Source: Alphaproteobacteria bacterium
Lineage (GTDB): Bacteria; Pseudomonadota; Alphaproteobacteria; UBA6615
NCBI GenBank assembly: GCA_965261975.1
Contig: CBDHEC010000050.1
Span: forward strand, 1 to 64,000
Length of the DNA: 64,000 nt
Reading direction: 5' to 3'
Under the pieces are notes generated by a model. The model worked only from the letters and a program-made list of their open reading frames with translations, was not told where the DNA came from and made no database searches. Positions 22,970-32,919 of this stretch are shown here, piece by piece. The position numbers and the translations under genes were made by a program. Every line of letters begins with the position of its first letter. The first letter of the stretch is position 1.

Positions 22970-24373
22970 ATGGCACCGTCCGACCGGACCCAATTTGCGC
23001 CCAATTCCGCAGCCGCGCGCGACATCGCGTATTACCTGCATCCCTTCACAAACCCGAAGGTGCATGAGGAAAACGGCCCGTTCATCGTCAACGAGGGCAA
23101 GGGCATCTATGTCTATGACGACCAGGGCAAGGAATATATCGAGGGCATGGCCGGCCTGTGGTGCACCTCGCTCGGCTTCGGCGAGGAACGCCTCGCGAAG
23201 GTCGCCTACGAGCAGATGCTCCGCCTGCCCTACATCCAGGGCTTCACCCACCGCTCGAACGAGGTCGCCATCGATCTGGCCGAGAAGCTGGTCAAGATGG
23301 CGCCGGTGGAGATGGGCAAGGTTTTCTTCACCAACTCCGGCTCCGAGGCCAACGACACGCAAGTGAAGATCGTCTGGTACTACAACAATGCCCGCGGCAA
23401 GCCCGAGAAGAAGAAGATCATCGGCCGCCACAAGGCCTATCACGGCATCACGCTCGCCGCGTCGAGCCTCACCGGCGTCGAATATGCCCAGAAGGGCTTC
23501 GACGTACCCCTCGACCGGTTCCTGCATGTCACCACCCCGCATTATTGGCGCGAGGGACAGGACGGCGAGAGCGAAGAGGATTTCGCAGGCCGGCTGGCCC
23601 AGGAGCTCGACGACCTGATCGTCAGCGAGGGCCCGGAAACGGTCGCCGCCTTCATCGCCGAGCCGGTGATGGGCGCCGGTGGGCTGATTCCGCCGCCCGC
23701 GACCTATTTCGAGAAGATCCAGGCCGTGCTGAAGAAACATGATGTTCTGATGATCGCCGATGAGGTGATCACGGGCTTCATGCGGACCGGCAACATGTTT
23801 GCCTGCGAGACCTACAACATCAAACCGGACCTGATGTCGATCGCCAAGGCGCTGTCGTCGGCCTATCTGCCCATCGGCGCTGTCCTGATGACCGACGAGA
23901 TCTATCAGGTGCTGCGCGACGGCAGCGACAAGTTCGGCATGTGGAACACCGGCTACACCTACTCCGGACACCCTGTTTCTGCCGCCGTGGCTCTCGAGAC
24001 GCTGCGCATCTACGAGGAACGCGACACGCTGGGCCATGTGCGCTCGGTCATGGGCACCTTCCAGGAACAGATGCAGCAATTCGCCGATCACCCGCTGGTC
24101 GGCGAGGTGCGCGGTGTCGGCCTGTTCGCGGCGCTCGAGCTGACGCCGGACAAGGAAAACAAGGGCCTGTTCGACCCGGCGGCCAAGGTGGCACCCGGGA
24201 TGATGGCACGGACCCAGGCCCATGGCCTGATTTCCCGCGCGCTGCCGTCCGACGGCATCGCCCTGTGCCCGCCGCTGATCATCACCGAGGATCAGATCGG
24301 CGTGTGCATGGAGCGGTTCTCAGCGGCGCTGGATGAAACCTGGGCCCATGTGCAGGCCGAGGGGCTCGTCTAA
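22970..24373 (+). CDS. Class III PLP aminotransferase (omega-amino acid/polyamine type)
   Basis: EGMAGLWC, NSGSEANDT, AYHG, IADEVITGFMRTG, AKALSSAYLP. Confidence 0.9.
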   Translation: MAPSDRTQFAPNSAAARDIAYYLHPFTNPKVHEENGPFIVNEGKGIYVYDDQGKEYIEGMAGLWCTSLGFGEERLAKVAYEQMLRLPYIQGFTHRSNEVAIDLAEKLVKMAPVEMGKVFFTNSGSEANDTQVKIVWYYNNARGKPEKKKIIGRHKAYHGITLAASSLTGVEYAQKGFDVPLDRFLHVTTPHYWREGQDGESEEDFAGRLAQELDDLIVSEGPETVAAFIAEPVMGAGGLIPPPATYFEKIQAVLKKHDVLMIADEVITGFMRTGNMFACETYNIKPDLMSIAKALSSAYLPIGAVLMTDEIYQVLRDGSDKFGMWNTGYTYSGHPVSAAVALETLRIYEERDTLGHVRSVMGTFQEQMQQFADHPLVGEVRGVGLFAALELTPDKENKGLFDPAAKVAPGMMARTQAHGLISRALPSDGIALCPPLIITEDQIGVCMERFSAALDETWAHVQAEGLV

Positions 24374-24406
24374 CAGGGCCAAATTGAAACAGAGGGAGCA
24401 GGAACA

Positions 24407-24823
24407 ATGAGTGAAGCAGTCGTATTGGAAGACGCGCCGGGCTACGAGGTTCGCCGCAAGGACGAGCCGCAATTCGTCGAGGGTCGCCGTAATTTCTTCG
24501 AGTACATCGATCTCGGCACACAGGACGCGAGCGACGGCAAGATGCGGGTGCAGATCACCCGCGCGAAGCAGGGCCTCGTGAAACCAACCGGCTGGCATAC
24601 GCATATCTGCGAGGGTCAGTTCGTCTACATGCTCGAGGGCTATCTCGACCTGGCCTTCGCCGATGGGACGGTCCGGCTCGAAGCGGGAGATTCCATCTAC
24701 ATTCCCGGTGGCGTCCCTCACAACGAGACCGGCACCTCGGACATGTTCGATCTGATCGAAATCTCCATTCCGGCGAAAATGGATACCGAGCCGTGCGATC
24801 CCCCGGCGGGAATGCCCGCCTAG
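24407..24823 (+). CDS. Cupin domain protein
   Basis: TGWHTH..QFVYMLEG...IPGGVPHNE. Confidence 0.85.
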   Translation: MSEAVVLEDAPGYEVRRKDEPQFVEGRRNFFEYIDLGTQDASDGKMRVQITRAKQGLVKPTGWHTHICEGQFVYMLEGYLDLAFADGTVRLEAGDSIYIPGGVPHNETGTSDMFDLIEISIPAKMDTEPCDPPAGMPA

Positions 24824-24983
24824 CCTGGCTTTCGCACGTTCAAGCTGTCGCGAATGCTCGTCGCATATCTGACTGCGGCGAGCTGACGCGATGGAAAAAT
24901 CCGGCCTGAATGCTATATTTACGGTGTTATTCGAGCGTCGGCGGCTTGCCCCACCGTCGAGACCGGCTGATGGACCCCGGCTG

Positions 24984-26195
24984 ATGGACTACGAGAAGCA
25001 TTTTGCAAACAATCTGAACGGCCTGCGGGCCGAAGGCCGCTATCGCGAATTCGCGGATCTCGAGCGTACTTCGGGCGATTTTCCGCGCGCGGTCCGCTAT
25101 GTGGATGGCGGCACCCAGGACATCACGGTGTGGTGTGCCAACGACTATCTCGGCATGGGTCAGCACCCGGACGTTCTGGCGGCGATGCATGACGCGCTGG
25201 AGAAATGCGGTGCGGGCGCCGGGGGCACGCGCAATATATCGGGCACCAACCATTACCACGTGCTGCTCGAGGAAGAGCTGGCCGACCTCCATGGCAAGGA
25301 AGCCGCCCTCCTGTTCACCTCGGGCTATGTGGCCAACTGGACGGCGCTGTCGACGCTGGCCTCGATGCTGCCGGAATGCCTCGTCGTTTCCGATGCGCTG
25401 AACCACAATTCGATGATCGAGGGCATCCGCCACGGACGTTCGGAGAAAGCCATCTTCCGGCACAACGACGCCGCGCATCTGGATGAAATCCTTTCGGGCG
25501 TCGACCCGGACCGCGCCAAGCTTGTGGCGTTTGAATCCGTTTATTCCATGGATGGCGATATCGCGCCGATCGCGGACATCGTCGCGGTGGCCGAGAAACA
25601 TAACGCGCTGACCTATCTCGATGAGGTCCACGCCGTGGGCATGTATGGGGAACACGGCGCAGGGGTCGCCGAACGCGACGGTCTGATGGACCGGATCGAC
25701 GTCGTGCAGGGAACCCTCGGAAAGGCCTTCGGGAATGTCGGCGGCTACATCGCGGCGTCGGCGAACCTCATCGACTTCGTGCGCTCCAACGGCGCCGGCT
25801 TCATTTTCTCGACCTCGCTGCCCCCGCATGTCGCGGCAGGCGCGCGTGCGGCAATCCAGATCCTCAAGGCCGACAATTCACTCCGCGAACGCCACCAGGA
25901 ACGGGCCGCAACCCTTAAACGCCGCCTGAGTGCCGCCGGGATGGAAGTCATGCCGTCGGTCAGCCATATCGTGCCCGTGTTCGTCGGCGATGCGGCGCTG
26001 TGCAAGATCGCCAGCGATGAGCTGCTCGACCGCCACGGCATCTACGTGCAGCCGATCAACTACCCGACCGTGCCGCGCGGCACGGAACGCTTGCGCATCG
26101 CGCCGACACCGCTGCATGACGACGACATGATGGATGCGCTGGTCGCGGCGTTCGAGGATGTCTGGACGCGGCTCAACCTGCGTTCGGCGGCCTGA
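24984..26195 (+). CDS. hemA: 5-aminolevulinate synthase
   Basis: [52 protein letters not shown]. Confidence 0.96.
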   Translation: MDYEKHFANNLNGLRAEGRYREFADLERTSGDFPRAVRYVDGGTQDITVWCANDYLGMGQHPDVLAAMHDALEKCGAGAGGTRNISGTNHYHVLLEEELADLHGKEAALLFTSGYVANWTALSTLASMLPECLVVSDALNHNSMIEGIRHGRSEKAIFRHNDAAHLDEILSGVDPDRAKLVAFESVYSMDGDIAPIADIVAVAEKHNALTYLDEVHAVGMYGEHGAGVAERDGLMDRIDVVQGTLGKAFGNVGGYIAASANLIDFVRSNGAGFIFSTSLPPHVAAGARAAIQILKADNSLRERHQERAATLKRRLSAAGMEVMPSVSHIVPVFVGDAALCKIASDELLDRHGIYVQPINYPTVPRGTERLRIAPTPLHDDDMMDALVAAFEDVWTRLNLRSAA

Positions 26196-26202
26196 GCGGC
26201 AC

Positions 26203-26742
26203 ATGTATCGCGACAAGACACTCATCCCAACCGAGGCGCTGCGACTTTGCATGCTCGGCACGCTGGCGGTCCAGCCACACACCTATGGTGAGCTGGCCCG
26301 CGAGGTGCGCGTCTTCGCGAGCCGTATCGTCGGCCCGTCGCTCGATGTGATGGGATTGTCGATCGAGGTCCTGCGTGCCGAAGGTCTGGTGCAACCCGCA
26401 ACGGAATTGCCCGATCCGGCCGATGAGGTCCTGGAACTCACCGACGCGGGCCGCGAAGAACTGCGAACGCTGATGATCTCGAACCTGCGCAGCCCCGTGG
26501 ATGGCAATTCCCAGCTCGTCTTTGCGCTGAAACTACGCTTCCTGCATCTGCTGTCGGACAGCGACGCGCAGGACCAGGTCGAACGGATGCGCGAGATCAG
26601 CGAAACCGAACACGCACGCCTCGTCGATCTGAAACAGCGTTATGGCAGTGAACCGGGCCAATTCGATGCCTGGCTCGACCTGGAACTGACCCAGGTCGAG
26701 GATCGCCTGCGCTGGCTGGAAACCGTCGGCCCGTCCGACTGA
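26203..26742 (+). CDS. PadR-like winged-helix protein
   Basis: LIPTEALRLCMLGTLA..TYGELA..LELTDAGR; co-oriented 7 nt after hemA. Confidence 0.6.
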   Translation: MYRDKTLIPTEALRLCMLGTLAVQPHTYGELAREVRVFASRIVGPSLDVMGLSIEVLRAEGLVQPATELPDPADEVLELTDAGREELRTLMISNLRSPVDGNSQLVFALKLRFLHLLSDSDAQDQVERMREISETEHARLVDLKQRYGSEPGQFDAWLDLELTQVEDRLRWLETVGPSD

Positions 26743-26748
26743 CGCCGG

Positions 26749-27303
26749 TTACTCGGCCGCGTCCGGCCAGGCACCCGCGGCCTTCAGTTCCTCAACCGCC
26801 TCCGGCGACCATTCGACACTCGGTGTATCACCCCCGACGATGGCCATGATCGTGCCGCGCGCTTCACCCTCGCGCGCGCTCACGCACTCGAACCGGCGCT
26901 GCATGCCCGGCGGGAATGACACCACGTCCTTCTCGCCCAGGATCACATGATCATCGCCTTCGTCGCCTTCCCACTCGAACTTCCAGGTGCCCTCGGTCAC
27001 AACGAAGGTCTCGTTCGTGTCGTGGACATGCATCATCACCCCCTGGCCGGGGTCTGCGGTCACCCATCCCACGCCGAACCCGGCCTGGAGATGGGAGATT
27101 TTCGGCTTGGCCTCGTCCCCGATGGGGGAGAAGACCTCCTCGCCACCGGCCGGCTGTTCAAAGCCGAGCGCATTGCGGAATGTGCGGTAGTAGCCGTCGA
27201 CCTTCTGGTCCGGCAAGCCGCCGTCGACCGCATCGATCTCATCGAAGCGCGCGACGCATTTGAGCACGTCTTCTTTTTTCGGCTTGTAGACAGGAATCGT
27301 CAT
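26749..27303 (-). CDS. Cupin domain protein (tandem paralog 1)
   Basis: PGQGVMMHVHDTNETF..GTW...SFPPGMQRRF. Confidence 0.85.
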   Translation of the reverse strand: MTIPVYKPKKEDVLKCVARFDEIDAVDGGLPDQKVDGYYRTFRNALGFEQPAGGEEVFSPIGDEAKPKISHLQAGFGVGWVTADPGQGVMMHVHDTNETFVVTEGTWKFEWEGDEGDDHVILGEKDVVSFPPGMQRRFECVSAREGEARGTIMAIVGGDTPSVEWSPEAVEELKAAGAWPDAAE

Positions 27304-27362
27304 CGGCTCGCTCTCCTCCGCGTTGAAATGCCCGAAGAGTATAACAATCACCGCGCGCGGTT

Positions 27363-27376
27363 TTGCTCTGGATCAA
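27363..27376. promoter_or_regulatory. FNR/FixK-like box
   Basis: TTGCT-CTGG-ATCAA, one mismatch to TTGAT-N4-ATCAA, 60 bp upstream of the cupin start at 27303. Confidence 0.5.
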
Positions 27377-27401
27377 TCGCAGACAGGCGTCTGCAGTCGA
27401 A

Positions 27402-27953
27402 CTATTCCGCCGCGTCGGGCCAGGTCCCGGCCGCCTTCAACCGCTCAACAGATTCCGGCGAAAACTCAGCGCCCGGCGTATCGCCGCCGATCACACCGAG
27501 AATCATGCCCTGTTCCTTGCCATCACGGGCCGACTGGCATTCGAAGCGGCGCTGTATCCCCGGCGGGAAAGACACGATGTCCTGTTCTTCAAGGATGACA
27601 TGGTCGTCACCCTGATCGCCTTCCCACTCGAACATCCAGGTCCCCTCCATGACCACGAAACTTTCGTTGGTGTCATGGGTGTGCATCATCACGCCCTGCC
27701 CGGGACGCGCCGACACATAAGCCATGCCGAAGCCGGCCTGCAGATGGTCGATATGCGGCTTGGCGTCGTCGCCGATCGGCGAATAGGTCTCGCTGCCTTC
27801 GGGTTGCTGGAAACCCAGCACATTGCGGAAGTCACGGTGGTAACCTTCTACCGGTTGGTCGGGCAGGCCCTTGTCGGTCGCGTTCAGATCATCAAAACGC
27901 GCGACGCACTTCAGGACCTCTTCTTTTCTGGGTCGATAAACCTCAATCGGCAT
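27402..27953 (-). CDS. Cupin domain protein (tandem paralog 2)
   Basis: PGQGVMMHTHDTNESF; colinear and highly similar to 26749-27303. Confidence 0.85.
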   Translation of the reverse strand: MPIEVYRPRKEEVLKCVARFDDLNATDKGLPDQPVEGYHRDFRNVLGFQQPEGSETYSPIGDDAKPHIDHLQAGFGMAYVSARPGQGVMMHTHDTNESFVVMEGTWMFEWEGDQGDDHVILEEQDIVSFPPGIQRRFECQSARDGKEQGMILGVIGGDTPGAEFSPESVERLKAAGTWPDAAE

Positions 27954-27981
27954 GGCTCTTGTCTCCTCCGTTTTTCGTCGC

Positions 27982-28770
27982 TCAGTACAAATGCTGACCG
28001 CCTGTAATGAATATCTCGGTGCCGGTCACATATGAAAAATCCGGATTGCAGAGCTGGAACACCGCCGAGGCGACCTCGCCCGCGCCGCCCATCCGGTGCA
28101 TGGGAATGCGGTTCACAAGCGGCTCATATTCCTCGCCCACCATCTCGGTCTCGATCTCGCCCGGTGCGACGGCGTTTACCCGCACCCCCAACGCCGCAAA
28201 CTCGACCGCCATCTCCCGGGTCAGGGCCGACAACGCCGCCTTCGACGTCGAATAGGCCGAGCCGGCAAACGGGTGAATCGCATGCCCGGCAATCGAGGTA
28301 ATGTTGACGATCGACGCACCACCGTCCGGCCCGACCGGATCCGCGGCGCCCGTGTCGTCACTTTTCCCGGCCTTCGCCAATGCCGGTGCAAAGCCTCGCG
28401 CGAGGACCAGCGGCGTGAAGAAATTGAGCTGGAACACCTCTCGCCAGTCATCGATCGGGCCGTTCAGGCAACCGAGCCGTTCCTGGAAATTCGTCTTCGG
28501 CGACACCGCGGCGTTATTCACCAGCGCGTTCAGCGGCGTGTCGCCCAGCAACTCCAACGCCTCACCGATAAACCGCTCGACATCGGCCGGGTCGCTCAGG
28601 TCGGTCGGGATGTGTGACGTCCAGTTCGGGTCGCGCTCGCAATGGGCCGGCACCGGATCGCGAGAACATGTAATGATCTGCCACCCCTCGTCGGAGAAGC
28701 GCTTGACGGTCGCGTGGCCGATGCCACGGCTGGCACCGGTCAGGATCAGGCTGCGTCGGCTGTCGGTCAT
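27982..28770 (-). CDS. SDR family oxidoreductase (FixR-like)
   Basis: TGASRGIGHAT, LVNNAA, HPFAGSAYSTSKAAL, PGEIET. Confidence 0.85.
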   Translation of the reverse strand: MTDSRRSLILTGASRGIGHATVKRFSDEGWQIITCSRDPVPAHCERDPNWTSHIPTDLSDPADVERFIGEALELLGDTPLNALVNNAAVSPKTNFQERLGCLNGPIDDWREVFQLNFFTPLVLARGFAPALAKAGKSDDTGAADPVGPDGGASIVNITSIAGHAIHPFAGSAYSTSKAALSALTREMAVEFAALGVRVNAVAPGEIETEMVGEEYEPLVNRIPMHRMGGAGEVASAVFQLCNPDFSYVTGTEIFITGGQHLY

Positions 28771-28821
28771 ACCCTTCTAGGTAATCCACCGGGGCGGCGA
28801 TGGGAAGCCGTCAATCGAATG

Positions 28822-29082
28822 TCAGCTGTGGGGATGGTGTTCCACGAAGTGCCGCAAGACACCCACCAGTTTCGCCGTATGCGCGATGTTTCCGGCCGAA
28901 CGAGCGGCTTTGATGTCGTCGATGATCATCCGCTCTATCCGCGCCTCGCCGTCCGGCGTGTGGCACAGATACTGCCCCATCTCCATGGCAATCATCTCCG
29001 GCACGTGCTCGTGTTCGGCAATTGCCGCGACCTCGCCTTCGGTCAATTCACACAAGGCCAAGCAATCTTCTCGGGTCAGCAT
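28822..29082 (-). CDS. Small hypothetical protein
   Basis: MLTREDCLALCELTEGEVAAIAEHEHVPE; GGAGAG RBS; fills the gap between co-oriented genes. Confidence 0.75.
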   Translation of the reverse strand: MLTREDCLALCELTEGEVAAIAEHEHVPEMIAMEMGQYLCHTPDGEARIERMIIDDIKAARSAGNIAHTAKLVGVLRHFVEHHPHS

Positions 29083-29136
29083 TCCACTCTCCTGTCCGTG
29101 TCTCGCCGAGAATGACAGGATGCCGCCGGACGGAAA

Positions 29137-29150
29137 TTGGGCTGGATCAA
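29137..29150. promoter_or_regulatory. FNR/FixK-like box
   Basis: Minus strand TTGAT-CCAG-CCCAA, 55 bp upstream of the hypothetical gene. Confidence 0.4.
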
Positions 29151-29192
29151 TTGCCGCAGAAAAACGGCACAGGGATCAACATCGCGCGAAAA

Positions 29193-29774
29193 TCAGGGCT
29201 GCAGTCTGGTCTCGCGCCAACCATCGCCGACCCGGTCAAACAGCTGACGGTCATGCAGGCGGTCGGGACGGTCGGTCCAGAATTCGATGCGGGACGGCGC
29301 AAGCCGAAAGCCCGACCAATGCGGCGGACGCGGTACATCGCGACCTTCATATTCTTTCTCGAGACCGTGTACCCGATCTTCGAGAACCGCGCGGCTGTCG
29401 ACCGGCGCGGACTGCTCCGACGCCCAGGCACCAATCTGGCTGCCGCGCGGCCGGCTCGCAAAATAGGCATCCGCCTCTTCATCACGCACCGGCACAGCAG
29501 GCCCGTCGATGCGCACCTGGCGTCGCAAAGACTTCCAGTGGAAACACAGCGACGCGTTGGGATTGCCCAGCAACTCAACGCCCTTGGTACTGTTGAAGTT
29601 CGTGTAGAAAACGAAGCCGTCGGGACCGTGTTCTTTCAGCAAGACCATCCGCGTGGATGGATGCCCGTCGGCGGACACGCTGGCCAGGGTCATCGCCTCG
29701 GGAAGGACCGGCTCGGCGGCGACGGCCTCCCGGAACCATGCGTCAAACTGGGCGAACGGATCAGTCGTGGACAT
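29193..29774 (-). CDS. pdxH: Pyridoxamine 5'-phosphate oxidase
   Basis: RMVLLK, FYTNFNSTKG, SRPRGSQIGAWASEQS, EFW..RLHDR. Confidence 0.95.
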   Translation of the reverse strand: MSTTDPFAQFDAWFREAVAAEPVLPEAMTLASVSADGHPSTRMVLLKEHGPDGFVFYTNFNSTKGVELLGNPNASLCFHWKSLRRQVRIDGPAVPVRDEEADAYFASRPRGSQIGAWASEQSAPVDSRAVLEDRVHGLEKEYEGRDVPRPPHWSGFRLAPSRIEFWTDRPDRLHDRQLFDRVGDGWRETRLQP

Positions 29775-29831
29775 AACGAACACATGCCTTCATGGGAATT
29801 GGAACCATGGGGCGCATCATATCGATGCCGG

Positions 29832-30617
29832 TCACTTTTCGAAAACCGCCTGAACCGCCGAGAGCCGCCCCGCGTCGAAATTTTCCCGCAAGTTGGCAAT
29901 CATCACCGGAAATTCGGGGCCCATGACATCGCGCAACGTCGGCCCGTCGACGCCTTTCGGCGGACGCGCCGCCGCAAGCCAGTCGCGCGCCGCGGCACTC
30001 TCGTCGTGAAAACACCGCGCCGTCCAGCCCGCATTGCATATGACGCGCTGCAGACTGTCGCCATCGACCAGATGACTCCGGGAGGGCTCACTGGCCCAGG
30101 GCACCGGATAGATGAGCGAATGCACCTCCGGGCCGGCCACGACATCATACAACGCCAGCACCCCGCCGGGCCGTGTCACACGCAGAAGCTCGCGATAGAG
30201 CATGTCCCGCTCGCCGATGTTCATCGCCACATGCTCTGTCCAGATCATGTCGAAACTGTTGTCGGCGAACGGCAGATCGAGCGCGTCGGCGGCACAAAAC
30301 CGTGTGCTCTCCTCGTATCCGGCGTGGACGGACAGCTGCTGTGCGATCCGGCAAAAACCGGGAGTCAGATCGATTCCGGTGACGTCGACACCGAACTCTC
30401 CCGCCAGCAGGCGCGCCGGCCCGCCCAAACCGGAACCCAGATCGAGGACCGTCAGTCCCTCGCGAATTCCCGCGTGTCCCGCCAGCCTTCTGGAGGCCGC
30501 GGCACCTCCCACATGAAATTGGTCGAGAGCCGCAAGCCGGTCGATTTTATCCGGGTCGAGGTTCGCCAGCACGCGGTCGGCAACATCCGCACCGCCGTAA
30601 TGATCGCCGCCGCTCAA
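29832..30617 (-). CDS. Class I SAM-dependent methyltransferase
   Basis: LDQFHVGG, VLDLGSGLGGPAR, LPFADNSFD, YPVPWA. Confidence 0.85.
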   Translation of the reverse strand: MSGGDHYGGADVADRVLANLDPDKIDRLAALDQFHVGGAAASRRLAGHAGIREGLTVLDLGSGLGGPARLLAGEFGVDVTGIDLTPGFCRIAQQLSVHAGYEESTRFCAADALDLPFADNSFDMIWTEHVAMNIGERDMLYRELLRVTRPGGVLALYDVVAGPEVHSLIYPVPWASEPSRSHLVDGDSLQRVICNAGWTARCFHDESAAARDWLAAARPPKGVDGPTLRDVMGPEFPVMIANLRENFDAGRLSAVQAVFEK

Positions 30618-31900
30618 CTGCGATCGCTGACGACCCGCGGCCCGCCGTCCCCCGCCATGGCGTCGGCAATCAGGTCCTTGATCAGGGTTCCCATGGTCGC
30701 GTCCCGCGCGGCGTTATACGCGGCGACAAGCTCCGCCAGTGGCGCGGTCCAGCGCGGGTCCTCGTCGTTATCCAGGTAGGGTGCGCCCGGCCCGTATCCG
30801 AGCGCGATGTATAGATCGGCCACGGTGACACCTTCGAGGTCACGGACCAGCACCGGCTGGTCTTCATCCGTGCGCGCGAGATAGCCCGAGCCCTGCAGCC
30901 GTGCCAGGACCAGCCCAAGGCCCGCGCCGTCGCCACCGGTCGCATCGAGCAACCGGTCCTCATCGACCACCTGGTTTTCGCGAGACGCCGCCAGCAGGCA
31001 ACCGATGGTCTGCAGCGCCCGCAGCAGCGCACGCGCCGGGGTCAACGGTCCGAAATCCTCGGCGCGGCGCGTCGCCAGCCATTCGGGCCGGGTTGCCGCC
31101 ACGATGGCCCCAAACAGCACCACCGCCCAGACCAGATACATCCAGATCAGAAAGACCGGCAACGCGGCAAGGGAGCCATAGACACTCTCGAAAGTGCCCG
31201 CATTCTGGAGATAGATACCGAACACCGCCTTCAGCGCCTCGAACAGGATCCCCGCGACGAGCGCGCCCAGCAGGGCGTACCGAACCCCGACACGGCGATT
31301 GGGCAGGGCCAGATAAAGAATTGCGAAGCCGCCCACTGCGAACAGGAAAGGCAGCATGCGGAGGAAGAAATTGCGAATGACACCGAAGTCGAGCCCCAGG
31401 GGCATGAAGTTATTCATCGCGAACGCGGTGCTGACCGACAGGCCCGCACCGAGCAACAACGGCCCGAGGGTCAGCGTTGTCCAGTAGGCGACCAGGCGCA
31501 TGGCAAGTGGCCGGGGCTTCTCGATCCGCCAGATGGCATTGAACGCCGTCTCGATCGTCGACAACAGCATGACCGCCGTCACCGCCAGCCAGACCACACC
31601 CAGCGTCGTCAGCTCGCTGGTGTTCGACACGAAGCGATCGACATAGGTCTCCAGCTCGCCGCCGATGTGCGGCGCGGTGTAGCTGAGCACGATCGAGAGC
31701 AGCTGCTGGGTCATGCCGTCGAAGACGGGAAAGGCCATCATCACGGAAAACGCGATCGCGAAGAGGGGGACAATCGCCAGCAGAGAGGTGTAACTCAGGG
31801 ACGCGGCGGCCACGAGGACGCGATCTTTAGAAAACCGCCGGACGACCGTCCGCGCGAACTGAAGCTCGTCTGTCAGCCTGTTGAGTCGTTTTTCGTCCAT
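30614..31900 (-). CDS. YihY/virulence factor BrkB family inner membrane protein
   Basis: AASLSYTSLLAIVP, IETAFNAIW, YWTTLTLGP, YGSLAALPVFLIW. Confidence 0.9.
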   Translation of the reverse strand: MDEKRLNRLTDELQFARTVVRRFSKDRVLVAAASLSYTSLLAIVPLFAIAFSVMMAFPVFDGMTQQLLSIVLSYTAPHIGGELETYVDRFVSNTSELTTLGVVWLAVTAVMLLSTIETAFNAIWRIEKPRPLAMRLVAYWTTLTLGPLLLGAGLSVSTAFAMNNFMPLGLDFGVIRNFFLRMLPFLFAVGGFAILYLALPNRRVGVRYALLGALVAGILFEALKAVFGIYLQNAGTFESVYGSLAALPVFLIWMYLVWAVVLFGAIVAATRPEWLATRRAEDFGPLTPARALLRALQTIGCLLAASRENQVVDEDRLLDATGGDGAGLGLVLARLQGSGYLARTDEDQPVLVRDLEGVTVADLYIALGYGPGAPYLDNDEDPRWTAPLAELVAAYNAARDATMGTLIKDLIADAMAGDGGPRVVSDRS

Positions 31901-32044
31901 GCGGGCCCTCGTTCGAACTTGCTAAGCCTATCAGAACAAACAAGAAATGCCATCCACACCAACCTATCCGCGTGGCCTTGCCGCACCACCCCTTTGGTGT
32001 AGGATGCCGCACAACGCGGCAAGGGGTCGATCAACGGGGTTTTC

Positions 32045-32887
32045 ATGGACGCTGCATCACAATTAATGGCTGGCAAACGCGGCCTCATCATGGGGGTCGC
32101 GAACGACCGCTCCATCGCCTGGGGTATCGCCAAGATGGCGGCCGACCACGGCGCGGAACTGGCGTTCACCTTTCAGGGTGAAGCGCTGGAGAAACGCGTG
32201 CGACCGCTCGCCGAGTCCGTCGGGGGGTCGATGGTGCTTCCCTGCGACGTCACCGACGAGGCAAGCATGGACGCGGTCTTCGCCGAGATCGAAGCGACCT
32301 GGGGCAAGCTGGACTTCGTCGTCCACGCGATCGCCTATTCCGACAAGGAAGAGCTCAAGGGCAAGTATGTCGAAACCAGCCGCGCGAATTTCCAGCGCTC
32401 GCTCGACATTTCCTGCTTCTCCTTCACCGACGTGTGCAAGCGCGCTTCGGCGATCATGCCGGACGGCGGCAGCCTGTTGACGCTGACCTACTACGGTGCC
32501 GAACGGGTGATGCCCCATTACAACGTCATGGGTGTTGCCAAGGCCGCGCTCGAGGCCAGCGTGCGTTACCTGGCGGTGGACCTGGGCGGCAACGGCATTC
32601 GCGTCAACGCGATTTCGGCCGGCCCGATCAAGACCCTGGCCGCGAGCGGTATCGGCGACTTCCGCTACATCCTGAAATGGAACGAGCTGAACGCGCCGCT
32701 CAAGCAGAACGTCACCATCGACCAGGTCGGCGGCGCGGGCCTCTACCTGCTGAGCGACCTCGGTTCGGGCGTGACCGGCGAGACCCATCATGTCGACAGC
32801 GGCTATAACGTGGTCGGCATGGTCGCGGTGGATGAAGCCGCCGGGGTCGCGGGTCTTCTCTCGGGCCTGAAGCCCGACGACGCATAG
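32045..32887 (+). CDS. fabI: Enoyl-ACP reductase
   Basis: [38 protein letters not shown]. Confidence 0.96.
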   Translation: MDAASQLMAGKRGLIMGVANDRSIAWGIAKMAADHGAELAFTFQGEALEKRVRPLAESVGGSMVLPCDVTDEASMDAVFAEIEATWGKLDFVVHAIAYSDKEELKGKYVETSRANFQRSLDISCFSFTDVCKRASAIMPDGGSLLTLTYYGAERVMPHYNVMGVAKAALEASVRYLAVDLGGNGIRVNAISAGPIKTLAASGIGDFRYILKWNELNAPLKQNVTIDQVGGAGLYLLSDLGSGVTGETHHVDSGYNVVGMVAVDEAAGVAGLLSGLKPDDA

Positions 32888-32919
32888 GCCAGCTTCCAGA
32901 AGACGAAGGAGTCACCGCC

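Noticed and set aside
29022-30779. 585-aa plus-strand ORF
   Set aside because: Spans several well-supported minus-strand genes; no motifs
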